A stretch of 64,000 bases of DNA from assembly GCA_016786885.1 (NCBI GenBank), contig JAEUVO010000052.1, forward strand, positions 12,930-76,929, given 5' to 3'. Position 1 is the stretch's first letter. Each line of letters begins with the position of its first letter. Made by a program: the position numbers and the translations under genes. The notes beneath the pieces are model-generated. The model did not search any database and had not been told where the DNA came from. It saw only the letters and a program-made list of their open reading frames with translations. This DNA is from Chitinophagaceae bacterium. GTDB taxonomy: Bacteria > Bacteroidota > Bacteroidia > Chitinophagales > Chitinophagaceae. Shown one piece after another: positions 1-8,817 of this stretch.

Positions 1-1581
1 TAATGCCGGCAGATCATAACTTGAAGGCATAGAGTAATTCAGTTTGTCGCCGTCAAAAAAAGCCTGTTTGGCAAATTTCAACCCCTCTGCAATACTCAAT
101 GGCCGGGCTATATCTGGAATTGAGGCCAGGTATAGCGACAACGAATCGATTCGTTCGAGATTATTCAGGTTACGGGTCACTCCTTGTTTCTTTTTTGTAT
201 CCACCACTATTTCCAATGGCATTACCCCTTTGAAATTTGCCTCAAAGAATTTCAGATCCGTGTAAATCTTGTCAGATTTAGGCAGGTCGTCTACAATGAA
301 ACCTTCGCTTTTTAATTGAAAAATGCCAGCTACAGAAACGGCAACGATAACACTTGTTACTATATAAATAAGTTTTCGATGGTTCAGCGACCATCTTTCT
401 AACCGGTCAAGCCACCTGTTGAGGCGGGGATTGTCAAGGTATTTTGTATGTCTCGATTTTGGAGCCGGTAAGTAACTTAGAATCGCCGGAATTAACACCA
501 GGGAAATAAAAAAGAGGGCCATTATATTGATGCCGGCTACTAATCCAAATTCTTTCAATATCTGGCTTTGAGTCAGTGCAAATACGGCAAAACCAATTGC
601 TGCAGCCACATTACAAAAAAGAGTGACAACTCCCATTTTGTCAACCATTGCTACCAACGACCCTTTTTTGTTTCCTGTTTCATTCCAGGCAACATGGAAT
701 TTGTTGAAGAAGTAAATGCAGTTCGGAATTCCGATTACCACTACCAAAGGAGGAATTAAAGCTGTTAACAGGCTGATCTTATATCCCAGCAGGTGAATGG
801 TCCCCATGCTCCATACAACACCAATCGCTACTACTACCAGGGAAAGCAACATGACACTAAAGGAACGGAAGAACAATAACAAGATCAGGGCTGAAAGAAT
901 GACCGAAGCCAGCAGAAAGAATTTCATTTCATCAGCAATCATAACAGCTACTTCAGTCCGTATAAGAGGAAGTCCGCTTTTATAAACAGTAAGATTATTT
1001 GCTTTGCCAAAATCATCTGCCTGTTTGCTAATGGCAGCAACTACACCAACCCTTGCTTTGGTCGCCATCAGGTCTTTGTTGATCCGTAAGCCCATCAACC
1101 ATGCTTTTGACCCGGGATTATACAGCAGGCCTTCATAAAAAGGAAGGTTAAGGAAAATTCCTGATGCACTGTCTATTTCTGCCTGTGTAAGCGTCTTATC
1201 AGGAAAAATGAGTTCCGCTTTCAGTTTTTCAGTTTCCGGAATCTTTACCAGGTTAACAGCAGTTGGTATAGAAATGATATCATCAACTCCTTTTATTTTT
1301 TTAAAATTTCTCTGTAATTCGTAATAGGCATTGAATGTTTTTTCTTCGAATAATTTATCTGTTTGTATGCCTATAACGAGGAGATTACCATCTTCGCCGA
1401 ATTTTTTCCGAAACTCCTGGTATGCCTTGTATTTCGGATTGTTCAATGGGATTGCCCTCGTAAAGTCGTAACTCAACTGCACTTTGCTTGCATAATAGCT
1501 CATAAAACCAGTGAGCACCGCAAGAATGATTAGTAACGGTAAACGATATTTGAGGATGAACTGTCCGAGCCGGTACCACAT
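1..1581 (-). CDS. MMPL/RND-family membrane transporter, 3' end runs off the window (absent from ORF track)
   Basis: Manual minus-strand translation from ATG at 1581 (MWYRLGQFILKYRLPLLIILAVLTGFMSYYASKVQLSYDF...KFGEDGNLLVIGIQ...). No stop in the frame where I checked codon by codon (1-600 and near the start). Alternating TM bundles and a soluble loop, with PPLVVVIGIPNCIYF and GVMPLEIVVDT segments typical of Bacteroidota MMPL proteins. Confidence 0.85.
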   Translation of the reverse strand, partial: MWYRLGQFILKYRLPLLIILAVLTGFMSYYASKVQLSYDFTRAIPLNNPKYKAYQEFRKKFGEDGNLLVIGIQTDKLFEEKTFNAYYELQRNFKKIKGVDDIISIPTAVNLVKIPETEKLKAELIFPDKTLTQAEIDSASGIFLNLPFYEGLLYNPGSKAWLMGLRINKDLMATKARVGVVAAISKQADDFGKANNLTVYKSGLPLIRTEVAVMIADEMKFFLLASVILSALILLLFFRSFSVMLLSLVVVAIGVVWSMGTIHLLGYKISLLTALIPPLVVVIGIPNCIYFFNKFHVAWNETGNKKGSLVAMVDKMGVVTLFCNVAAAIGFAVFALTQSQILKEFGLVAGINIMALFFISLVLIPAILSYLPAPKSRHTKYLDNPRLNRWLDRLERWSLNHRKLIYIVTSVIVAVSVAGIFQLKSEGFIVDDLPKSDKIYTDLKFFEANFKGVMPLEIVVDTKKKQGVTRNLNNLERIDSLSLYLASIPDIARPLSIAEGLKFAKQAFFDGDKLNYSMPSSYDLPAL

Positions 1582-1663
1582 AAGCGAAATGGGAAATAAT
1601 GAGGTTGCAAAGAAAGGCAAAAAAGCCCAATAGGAACATGACTCTTTGTGATACTTTTGATGA

Positions 1664-3964
1664 GTGAGATATTGTTTGATAATACTATGCTGCATGGGCT
1701 GGTTGCTTGCAAAGGCACAAGATCCATCCCCGCCAATCGGGCAATGGCGGGAGCATTTACCTTATAATAGTGCAATTGATGTAACAGCCGGGGAAGATAA
1801 AGTCTATTGTGCCACTCCTTACAGTTTATTTTCTGTAGAAATAAACGACAATCTCATAGAAAGATACAGTCGGGTAACAGGATTGAGCGAAACAGGACTC
1901 AGTGCTATCAAATTTGATGAAATAAGCAATCAGCTGTTTATTGCTTATAGCAATAGTAATATCGATATTATTTACCGGAACGATATTTATAATATCCCGG
2001 ATATTAAAAGGGATAATATTATTGGCGATAAAAACATCTACAATATTTATCCGCTGAATAAAAATTATTATTTGTCCACCGGCCTTGGGGTAATTGTGAT
2101 TGATGGTGAACGGTATGAAGTGAAGGACACCTGGTTTATTGGTAATGGTGGCAACCAGGTCAAAGTAAATGGATTTACTAGTGATGGAGCTTTCTTTTAT
2201 GCAGCTACAGAAGAGGGATTGAAAAAAGCAGCGATGAATGCAGTTAACCTGGCTGACTATACAAGCTGGCAGATCATTAGTGGGACAAACGGATTATCAG
2301 CCGGGCCTTATAAAAACATAATGACTGTTGACAACAAAATTATTCTGCAGAAAAATGATTCTTTATTTATACAGAACGGCACCAGTTGGTCGTTGTTTTA
2401 TACAGACGGGTGGCCTGTTGTAAGCACTAATACGACAGAGAATAAAATTCAATTGTGCGAAAGACAACCCAATGGAACCAGCCGGGTAGTAATACTGAAT
2501 GCCGATGGAACTATTTTCAGAACATTAGCTAATGTTGGCGCTGTTTCTTTCCCCCGGAAAGCAATTTTATATAAAAATGATCCATGGGTTGCGGACCAGT
2601 TTGCCTGTTTATCTCATTTTGGTTCTACTTTATCTTATGAACAGTACAGTTTGAATTCACCACAGGGTGTTGCAAGTGGCGAAATGCTGGTTTATAATAA
2701 CGTCTTCTATGCTACGGCTGGTTCTGTGAATGATGCATGGAATTATCAATACAATAGTGATGGGATTTACAGTTTCGGGGAAGGAACATGGACAAATATT
2801 AATCGTTACCGGTACAGCAATATTGACTCACTGCTGGATTATGTCACGATTGCTGTTGATAAAAGAGATGAAACAATATGGGCAGGATCTTACGGAGGTG
2901 GATTGCTGCATGTGAAGCTGGGTCCTTCATTTGAAATTTATAAGCAAAATTTTATCGGGAATACTGTTGGTGATCCGGGTAGTTATCGTGTTGCCGGGTT
3001 AGTTTTTGACAGGGAGAACAATTTGTGGATTTCCAATTTCGGATCTCCTCAACCACTCAGGGTCTTAAAAAATGATGGCAGCTGGAAAAACTTCTCTTTG
3101 CCTTTTTCATTATTTGAAAATGCGGTGTCACAAATAGTAATTGACGATAATAACTATAAATGGATCGTAGCCCCGTTGGGCAATGGGTTGATTTGTTTTG
3201 ATCATGGAACCTCCATTGATAACACTGGTGATGACAGATGGAGAAAATATTTCAGCGGCAGCGGCAATGGCAACCTGCCCAATAGTGAAGTGACTTGTAT
3301 AGCAAAAGATAAAAATGGGTTTATCTGGGTGGGTACAACCGACGGAGTTGGAGTGATACAATGTCCCGAACAGGCTTTCAGTGCGCCGGTCTGCGATGCG
3401 GTGTGGCCAATAGTACCCAATGGCAACTTTGCAGGTTATTTATTCAAAGGGCAGGAAGTAAAAAGTATGGCAGTGGATGGTGCAGACAGAAAATGGATAG
3501 CCACCAGGAATGGAGTGTTCCTGGTTAGTGCAACAGGTGAAAAAGTTATTTACCAGTTTACCGAAACAAACAGTCCGTTACTGAGTAATGATGTAAAGAA
3601 AATAGCCATTGATGGAAAAACCGGCGAAGTGTATTTCGCTACATTGAAAGGTATTTGCTCTTTTAGAAGTACCGCTACAGAAGGAGCTGAAACAAATGAG
3701 AATGTACTGGTATTCCCCAATCCCGTACCGCCGGGATTTACCGGCACCATTGCCATCAGGGGATTGGTAAATAATGCGATTGTAAAAATTACTGAGCTGG
3801 ATGGCAAGCTGGTATATCAAACCAGGGCATTGGGAGGACAAGCAGTGTGGGATGGCAGAAATTATAGGGGACAAAAGATATCAAGCGGGGTGTATTTAGT
3901 ATTGGTGAGTGATGATGGGCGAAAAGAAAGAACAGCAACAAAAATTTTCTTTATTCAAAAATAA
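1664..3964 (+). CDS. porZ: T9SS-associated PorZ-like beta-propeller protein with C-terminal T9SS sorting domain
   Basis: Signal peptide, IGQWREHLPY N-terminus, repeated propeller motifs (DKNGFIWVGT, DGADRKWIAT, GEVYFAT), C-terminal VFPNPV...GVYLV CTD; sits next to recO as in other Bacteroidota. Confidence 0.85.
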   Translation: MRYCLIILCCMGWLLAKAQDPSPPIGQWREHLPYNSAIDVTAGEDKVYCATPYSLFSVEINDNLIERYSRVTGLSETGLSAIKFDEISNQLFIAYSNSNIDIIYRNDIYNIPDIKRDNIIGDKNIYNIYPLNKNYYLSTGLGVIVIDGERYEVKDTWFIGNGGNQVKVNGFTSDGAFFYAATEEGLKKAAMNAVNLADYTSWQIISGTNGLSAGPYKNIMTVDNKIILQKNDSLFIQNGTSWSLFYTDGWPVVSTNTTENKIQLCERQPNGTSRVVILNADGTIFRTLANVGAVSFPRKAILYKNDPWVADQFACLSHFGSTLSYEQYSLNSPQGVASGEMLVYNNVFYATAGSVNDAWNYQYNSDGIYSFGEGTWTNINRYRYSNIDSLLDYVTIAVDKRDETIWAGSYGGGLLHVKLGPSFEIYKQNFIGNTVGDPGSYRVAGLVFDRENNLWISNFGSPQPLRVLKNDGSWKNFSLPFSLFENAVSQIVIDDNNYKWIVAPLGNGLICFDHGTSIDNTGDDRWRKYFSGSGNGNLPNSEVTCIAKDKNGFIWVGTTDGVGVIQCPEQAFSAPVCDAVWPIVPNGNFAGYLFKGQEVKSMAVDGADRKWIATRNGVFLVSATGEKVIYQFTETNSPLLSNDVKKIAIDGKTGEVYFATLKGICSFRSTATEGAETNENVLVFPNPVPPGFTGTIAIRGLVNNAIVKITELDGKLVYQTRALGGQAVWDGRNYRGQKISSGVYLVLVSDDGRKERTATKIFFIQK

Positions 3965-3965
3965 A

Positions 3966-4712
3966 TTGACGGATAAATTATATAAAACAAAAGGCATTGT
4001 TTTAAAAACAGTGAAGTATGGGGAGACGAGTATCATCGTTACCATATTTACTGAATTGTTCGGCGTACAGTCTTACCTCGTAAATGGGGTAAGGGCTTCT
4101 TCCAAGAAAGGAACAGGAAAGGCGAATCTTTTTCAACCAACAGCCATACTTGACCTGGTAGTGTATCACAATGAGCTGAAACAACTGAACCGAATCAAAG
4201 AATTTAAGTGGGCGGTTATTTATCAGCATATTTTATCCGATGTGCCCAAAAATTCAGTGGCATTGTTTATGGTGGAATTGCTGACCAAATGCCTGAAGCA
4301 GCCGGAAAACAATCCTGACCTTTTTCATTTTGCAGAGGATTGTTTTTTGCATTTGGATAAAAGTAAAGGAACAGTAATGGCCAATCTTCCTTTATTTTTT
4401 GCCTTACACCTGCCGGTGCATTTCGGGTTCAGGATTGCTGATAATTTCAACGAAGAAAACCGATATCTCGACTTACAGGAAGGAAGTTTTGTCCAGGAAC
4501 ATCCCCATCACCCTTATTTTTTAGAAGAAAAACAGGCAGCCATTACCTCGCAATTACTTAAAGTGATGCAGCCGGAAGAACTGGAGGACATAAAGCTGAA
4601 TCATGATTTTCGAAGGCAACTGCTGCACCAGTTTGAAACTTACTATACATTGCATGTTCAGGATTTTGGAACAATGAAGAGCTTGCCGGTGTTGAGGGAG
4701 GTATTAGGATAG
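3966..4712 (+). CDS. recO: DNA repair protein RecO (likely TTG start at 3966; ORF track extends upstream)
   Basis: KTKGIVLKTVKYGETSIIVTIFTELFG and LFQPTAILDLV motifs, C-terminal KSLPVLREVL. Confidence 0.93.
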   Translation: MTDKLYKTKGIVLKTVKYGETSIIVTIFTELFGVQSYLVNGVRASSKKGTGKANLFQPTAILDLVVYHNELKQLNRIKEFKWAVIYQHILSDVPKNSVALFMVELLTKCLKQPENNPDLFHFAEDCFLHLDKSKGTVMANLPLFFALHLPVHFGFRIADNFNEENRYLDLQEGSFVQEHPHHPYFLEEKQAAITSQLLKVMQPEELEDIKLNHDFRRQLLHQFETYYTLHVQDFGTMKSLPVLREVLG

Positions 4713-5915
4713 CTTCCTTGAAGATGAAAAATCGTTGCTAAATAAGGTAACTCCTGATTTTCTTTTTAAATCAAAACTACCTAATTCATCTTCCCATTCC
4801 AATGCCTTTGCGCCGCTGCTGGTAGCCCACTGCAGAATTGTTTCTTCCGGTATATGTGGAAAATGTTGGCGAATGGTTTCCATTTCTTTGGCAATACTCA
4901 GCTGCCAGTTGCTGCTGTAGCTGTCGGTGCCGAGAACAATATGGCAGTTGTGTTTCATCAGCAGGTCAACCGGCGGCACTTTATTTTCTATATACAGGTT
5001 AGCATTAATACAGAGACAATATACCAGCTTCAATCCATTGGCAGCTGCATACTCATTGGCCCATATACTATCTTCTTCGGGCATGAATGTGTTATGAATT
5101 AATAATATAGTTTGCCCGTTATTAAAATAAGGAAGTACTGACCTGATGCTGCTTTTGCCTGTTACGGGGAAAGGAGACTTACTCATTCCAAAAATTTTAA
5201 AGAACCGCAGGTATTCTCCTCCGCCTGTTTTGTACAACTCATCTTCAGCCGGATGTTCCTGGTTATGGATGGAGATTATTTGGCCGGCAGTTAACTGGTT
5301 AATTAGTTGAAAGGTCTTTGGCGAAATGCTGTAAGGTGCATGAGGCACAAGGGATGTTCGATGTTTGAGGTTCGATGTTTGAAGTTTTTCCTCAAGTGAG
5401 GCAGCAATCTTTTTGTAGTAACTGATATTCTCTTCCGCTTTTTCATCGGTAAAGCCGAGCACTTCCACAAAATTCTGCCAGCGGATATTGCTTTTCTTTT
5501 TTACTTCAACTGTATCTGCTGTATTTCCGATATCTCCTACAGCTACAATGCCACTATCATACATTTCTTTTTCAGCTTCGGTTATAGCCTGCATTTTGTT
5601 CTGCACGGGGTCTTCGTAAGCCCCTCCTTCGGAGGGGGTTGGGGAGGTCTCTCTTTTGGTAACAACGGAACAAAGAAATTCTATAAGCCCGGTATGTGGT
5701 GGAATCACATTTTTCAGGTGACTTAGTTCCAGGTGGCAGTGACAATTGATCAACCCAGGAGTAATGATTCCTTCAAATTGTTGTACATCTTCGCCTGCAT
5801 CTTCTACAGCTATTATAGCTTCTATCCTGCCGTTTTCATCCGTGACAAGCACTTTTTCTTCCCGGAATTTGTATCCGTCAAATAACTTGTCTGCCTTGAA
5901 TTTGCGATAGCCCAT
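4704..5915 (-). CDS. Metal-dependent amidohydrolase family protein
   Basis: PGLINCHCHLELSH (HxH), VPHAPYS, SIHNQE and LGTDS metal-binding motifs. Confidence 0.9.
   Translation of the reverse strand: MGYRKFKADKLFDGYKFREEKVLVTDENGRIEAIIAVEDAGEDVQQFEGIITPGLINCHCHLELSHLKNVIPPHTGLIEFLCSVVTKRETSPTPSEGGAYEDPVQNKMQAITEAEKEMYDSGIVAVGDIGNTADTVEVKKKSNIRWQNFVEVLGFTDEKAEENISYYKKIAASLEEKLQTSNLKHRTSLVPHAPYSISPKTFQLINQLTAGQIISIHNQEHPAEDELYKTGGGEYLRFFKIFGMSKSPFPVTGKSSIRSVLPYFNNGQTILLIHNTFMPEEDSIWANEYAAANGLKLVYCLCINANLYIENKVPPVDLLMKHNCHIVLGTDSYSSNWQLSIAKEMETIRQHFPHIPEETILQWATSSGAKALEWEDELGSFDLKRKSGVTLFSNDFSSSRKLS
5355..5382. repeat. Four tandem heptamers (TGTTCGA TGTTTGA GGTTCGA TGTTTGA) inside the amidohydrolase CDS
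   Basis: Read directly from the sequence. Confidence 0.75.
5619..5648. repeat. GC-rich palindromic element CCCCTCC-TTC-GGAGGGG(G)TTGGGGAGG inside the amidohydrolase CDS
   Basis: 7-bp perfect stem 5621-5627/5631-5637 with a GAA triloop on the minus strand; encodes TSPTPSEGGA; much more GC-rich than its flanks. Confidence 0.7.
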
Positions 5916-5953
5916 ACTCAAAATTCAAATTTCAGCACTCAAAAACCAAATCA

Positions 5954-5961
5954 CTAATTTT
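5954..5961 (+). promoter_or_regulatory. Bacteroidota housekeeping -7 promoter element for prfA
   Basis: TAATTTTG matches TAnnTTTG, 21 nt before the ATG. Confidence 0.7.
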
Positions 5962-5981
5962 GCCGCCCTGAGAATAATACT

Positions 5982-7046
5982 ATGTTAGACAGATTAGAGG
6001 CCATAAAAGCAAGATTTGATCAGCTGGGAGTAGCGCTTACCAACCCGGAGATTGTAGGGAATAATAAAAAATTTACCGAGACCAGCAAAGAATACCGCAG
6101 CCTGGAAAAGATTGTTGTGGCTTATAATGACTACAAAAAGATACTCGAGGATATTGATTTTTATAAGGAGGCGCTGGATGGCGGGGATGAGGAAATGAGG
6201 GAACTGGCTAAGATGGAGGCGCCAGCTCTCGAAGAAAAGAAAGTGGAGAAAGAAGCCTATATCCGCCAACTACTGATACCCAAAGATCCGCAGGATGAAA
6301 AGAATGCAATTTTGGAGATCCGGGCAGGCACAGGCGGTGATGAGGCCAGTTTGTTTGCAGGCGATCTCCTTAGAATGTATATGCGTTACTGCGAAAGACG
6401 TGGATGGAAAACGGCTGTGCTGAGTGAAAATGAAGGGACTGTTGGTGGGTATAAAGAGGTACAGTTAGAAGTAACCGGTGATGATGTTTACGGAACTTTG
6501 AAGTTTGAAAGTGGTGTGCACCGGGTACAAAGGGTACCTGATACAGAAGCTTCTGGGCGGGTACACACTTCAGCAGCAACAGTAGCAGTGATGCCGGAAG
6601 CAGAAGAAGTGGATTTTGAATTAAATCCTGCCGATGTGAAAATGGAAACAGCCAGAAGTGGCGGTGCTGGTGGTCAAAACGTAAACAAAGTAGAGACCAA
6701 AGTAATGCTTACACACATCCCCACAGGAACGGTAGTGGTCTGCCAAACTGAAAGATCACAATTGGGCAACCGGGAAAAGGCTATGCAAATGCTCAGAACA
6801 AAATTGTATGAAGAGCAGGTGAGAAAGCAGGAGGATGAAATTGCCCGTCACCGTAAGAGTTTGGTAAGTACAGGCGACCGCAGCGCCAAAATCAGAACAT
6901 ATAATTTTCCCCAGGGTCGGGTAACGGACCATCGTATCGGCCTTACTCTCTATAATCTCGATGCTGTATTGAACGGAGATGTACAGGAACTTATCGAAGC
7001 GCTCCAGTTTGCCGAAAATTCAGAAAAGCTGACAAAGCAGAATTAA
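5982..7046 (+). CDS. prfA: Peptide chain release factor 1
   Basis: [12 protein letters not shown] (PxT anticodon-mimic motif), [13 protein letters not shown] (GGQ), [15 protein letters not shown]. Confidence 0.98.
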   Translation: MLDRLEAIKARFDQLGVALTNPEIVGNNKKFTETSKEYRSLEKIVVAYNDYKKILEDIDFYKEALDGGDEEMRELAKMEAPALEEKKVEKEAYIRQLLIPKDPQDEKNAILEIRAGTGGDEASLFAGDLLRMYMRYCERRGWKTAVLSENEGTVGGYKEVQLEVTGDDVYGTLKFESGVHRVQRVPDTEASGRVHTSAATVAVMPEAEEVDFELNPADVKMETARSGGAGGQNVNKVETKVMLTHIPTGTVVVCQTERSQLGNREKAMQMLRTKLYEEQVRKQEDEIARHRKSLVSTGDRSAKIRTYNFPQGRVTDHRIGLTLYNLDAVLNGDVQELIEALQFAENSEKLTKQN

Positions 7047-7083
7047 GCAGTATTTCTTTTGTCACTGGTTTAATCGGGCTGAT

Positions 7084-7102
7084 AAGGCAGCTTGCCTTTT
7101 TT
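7084..7102 (+). terminator. Intrinsic terminator after prfA
   Basis: AAGGCA-gct-TGCCTT hairpin followed by a T run. Confidence 0.6.
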
Positions 7103-7205
7103 GAGGTGGGTTATATAAAAATAATTTCAGGATAAATACTTTAATACCTACTTTTCCTGTAACCATTAACCTAAATACATCCTTAATTTTCTAAAACGAG
7201 TAATT

Positions 7206-7841
7206 ATGTTAGATCAATTATTAGACATTGTAAAAAACTATGGAAAAGAAACAGTGGTGGAGAACCCTGAAATTCCCAATGAGCAAAACCAGGAAGTGCT
7301 GGCTGATGCAACCAAAACAATAACCAGTGGATTTCAAAATGTATTAGCTGGTGGCGGTCTTCAAAACATTCTTGATCTTTTTAAAGGAGGAGGTAATACT
7401 TCAGGCGGCAGCAGTGGTATTGGGGGCTTGTTGAAAAACCCGATGGTAACGATGATGGTGGGTTATTTTATAAGCAAGCTGGTGAGCAAATACAAAATGA
7501 ACCCATCTTCTGCCAGTAGTGTGGCTAATAATCTTATTCCTAATGTGTTGAATGGTATGATTACAGAAACTAACAATCCACAGAATACCAGTTTTACATT
7601 GGATAGCCTTATAGGCTCTCTTACTGGCGGCGGAAATGGTGGTGGATCACAGTTGCAGGATATTCTTGATCAGTTTGCCGGAAGAGGAAGTAATAATAGC
7701 GGAAACAGTAGCGGTGGATTTGACTTACAGGATCTTATCGGAAGTTTTACCCGAAAAGCTCAGGATAGCTTTCAAAATAATAACCAAAGCGGCGGCGGTG
7801 GTGGATTAATGGATATGATTAAAGGTTTTTTATCGAAGTAA
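7206..7841 (+). CDS. Gly/Ser/Asn-rich hypothetical protein (DUF937/YidB-like)
   Basis: 211-aa ORF with repeated amphipathic LxDLLxxFxG helices separated by Gly-rich linkers; own terminator. Confidence 0.7.
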   Translation: MLDQLLDIVKNYGKETVVENPEIPNEQNQEVLADATKTITSGFQNVLAGGGLQNILDLFKGGGNTSGGSSGIGGLLKNPMVTMMVGYFISKLVSKYKMNPSSASSVANNLIPNVLNGMITETNNPQNTSFTLDSLIGSLTGGGNGGGSQLQDILDQFAGRGSNNSGNSSGGFDLQDLIGSFTRKAQDSFQNNNQSGGGGGLMDMIKGFLSK

Positions 7842-7860
7842 ACTTAAAAGAATCAGGTAG

Positions 7861-7889
7861 GCCATCCTTTTTTGAGGGATGGCTTTTTT
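7861..7889 (+). terminator. Intrinsic terminator after the 7206 gene
   Basis: GCCATCCTT...AGGGATGGC stem followed by TTTTTT. Confidence 0.8.
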
Positions 7890-8262
7890 ATTTTCTGATT
7901 AGCGAAATTTTGGCATGAATTTTCGAAAGTAAGTATGAATCATTGCGTCTTATACCTATAGATCTTTGTCAGTTGATTGTCAGTTTTTTGATTACAAAGA
8001 GCCTGGATAAATACTAACACTTGTTGTTGGGTTTATGCAAAATGTTCAACCTCTGCATCGTATGGTTATCATGGTTGAAGGAGGTTTTACTAAGAGGAAG
8101 ATGAGTGGAATTACTGAAGAAGCTCTTTTAAAGTTTCATTAACAGCAAGGTTTATACTATCGGCAGTAAATTTGCGTTATACTATTACAAATCTTATTAT
8201 AAAAGCAGTCAATTTTCTCATAAGCAGTTAGTTTTGGTTGCGACCCCTGTTTCCACAGGGGT

Positions 8263-8637
8263 CTATTTTTTTATAAACCTTTTCCTGCTGAAAAGAAAGC
8301 CACCCAGGCATCCGACACAGTCAGCACTTATATCGCTGTAGGAGAAATTCCGGTTAACAATAAAATAAAGCTGGATAAATTCCATAGTAATACCGTATAC
8401 AAGACAGGCCAATGTTATCCATACAAAGTTTTTTAGCAGGGGTGCCTTATTTCGTTTTGTCTTAAACAAGGCCCAGCACCACAAAACAACCATACCCAGG
8501 AACATTCCTGCATGAATCCATAGATCAAGCGAAATATCGCTAAACCAGTCTTCAGAGGGCAATTCGTCGCCAGGCATGGTCAGGAGATAGGTACTGATAA
8601 GTAGCCAGCCAATAAGAGGTAAATAAGCCAGTTTCAC
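8263..8637 (-). CDS. VanZ-like membrane protein
   Basis: DLWIHAGMF, YGITMEFIQ, RNFSYSDISADCVG pattern; four hydrophobic segments. Confidence 0.85.
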   Translation of the reverse strand: MKLAYLPLIGWLLISTYLLTMPGDELPSEDWFSDISLDLWIHAGMFLGMVVLWCWALFKTKRNKAPLLKNFVWITLACLVYGITMEFIQLYFIVNRNFSYSDISADCVGCLGGFLFSRKRFIKK

Positions 8638-8682
8638 GGTGTAATTATTTCGGCAATATTAAGCGAAGAATTGCTGACAAAT

Positions 8683-8714
8683 AAATAAAAGGGAGCCTCG
8701 AAAGAAGCCCCCTT
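8683..8714 (-). terminator. Intrinsic terminator between anti-sigma gene and vanZ
   Basis: Minus strand GGGGGCTTC-tttc-GAGGCTCCC (9 bp with G-U pairs) followed by TTTTATTTATTT. Confidence 0.75.
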
Positions 8715-8765
8715 GTTTTAACCAACTATAGAACCAAAACGACTATAGCAAAGGTTTAATACTTT
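8683..8765 (-). ncRNA. Candidate ECF-driven small RNA (~80 nt)
   Basis: Lies between a CAATCT-N16-CGTAT promoter (8797-8771) and the terminator at 8714-8683; has a 5' hairpin built on two CTATAG hexamers; no ORF. Confidence 0.45.
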
Positions 8766-8770
8766 GTCAG

Positions 8771-8797
8771 ATACGAAAAACGAAGTCTGTCAGATTG
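8771..8797 (-). promoter_or_regulatory. ECF-type promoter CAATCT-N16-CGTAT
   Basis: Same motif and 16-nt spacer as the promoter upstream of the ECF gene at 10173-10199. Confidence 0.6.
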
Positions 8798-8817
8798 AAA
8801 TAAAAAAGTGATATTCT

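Noticed and set aside
1385-1639. 84-aa minus-strand ORF in the track
   Set aside because: It is an alternative frame over the 5' end of the MMPL gene; the real frame starts at 1581 and is missing from the track because it has no stop in the window.
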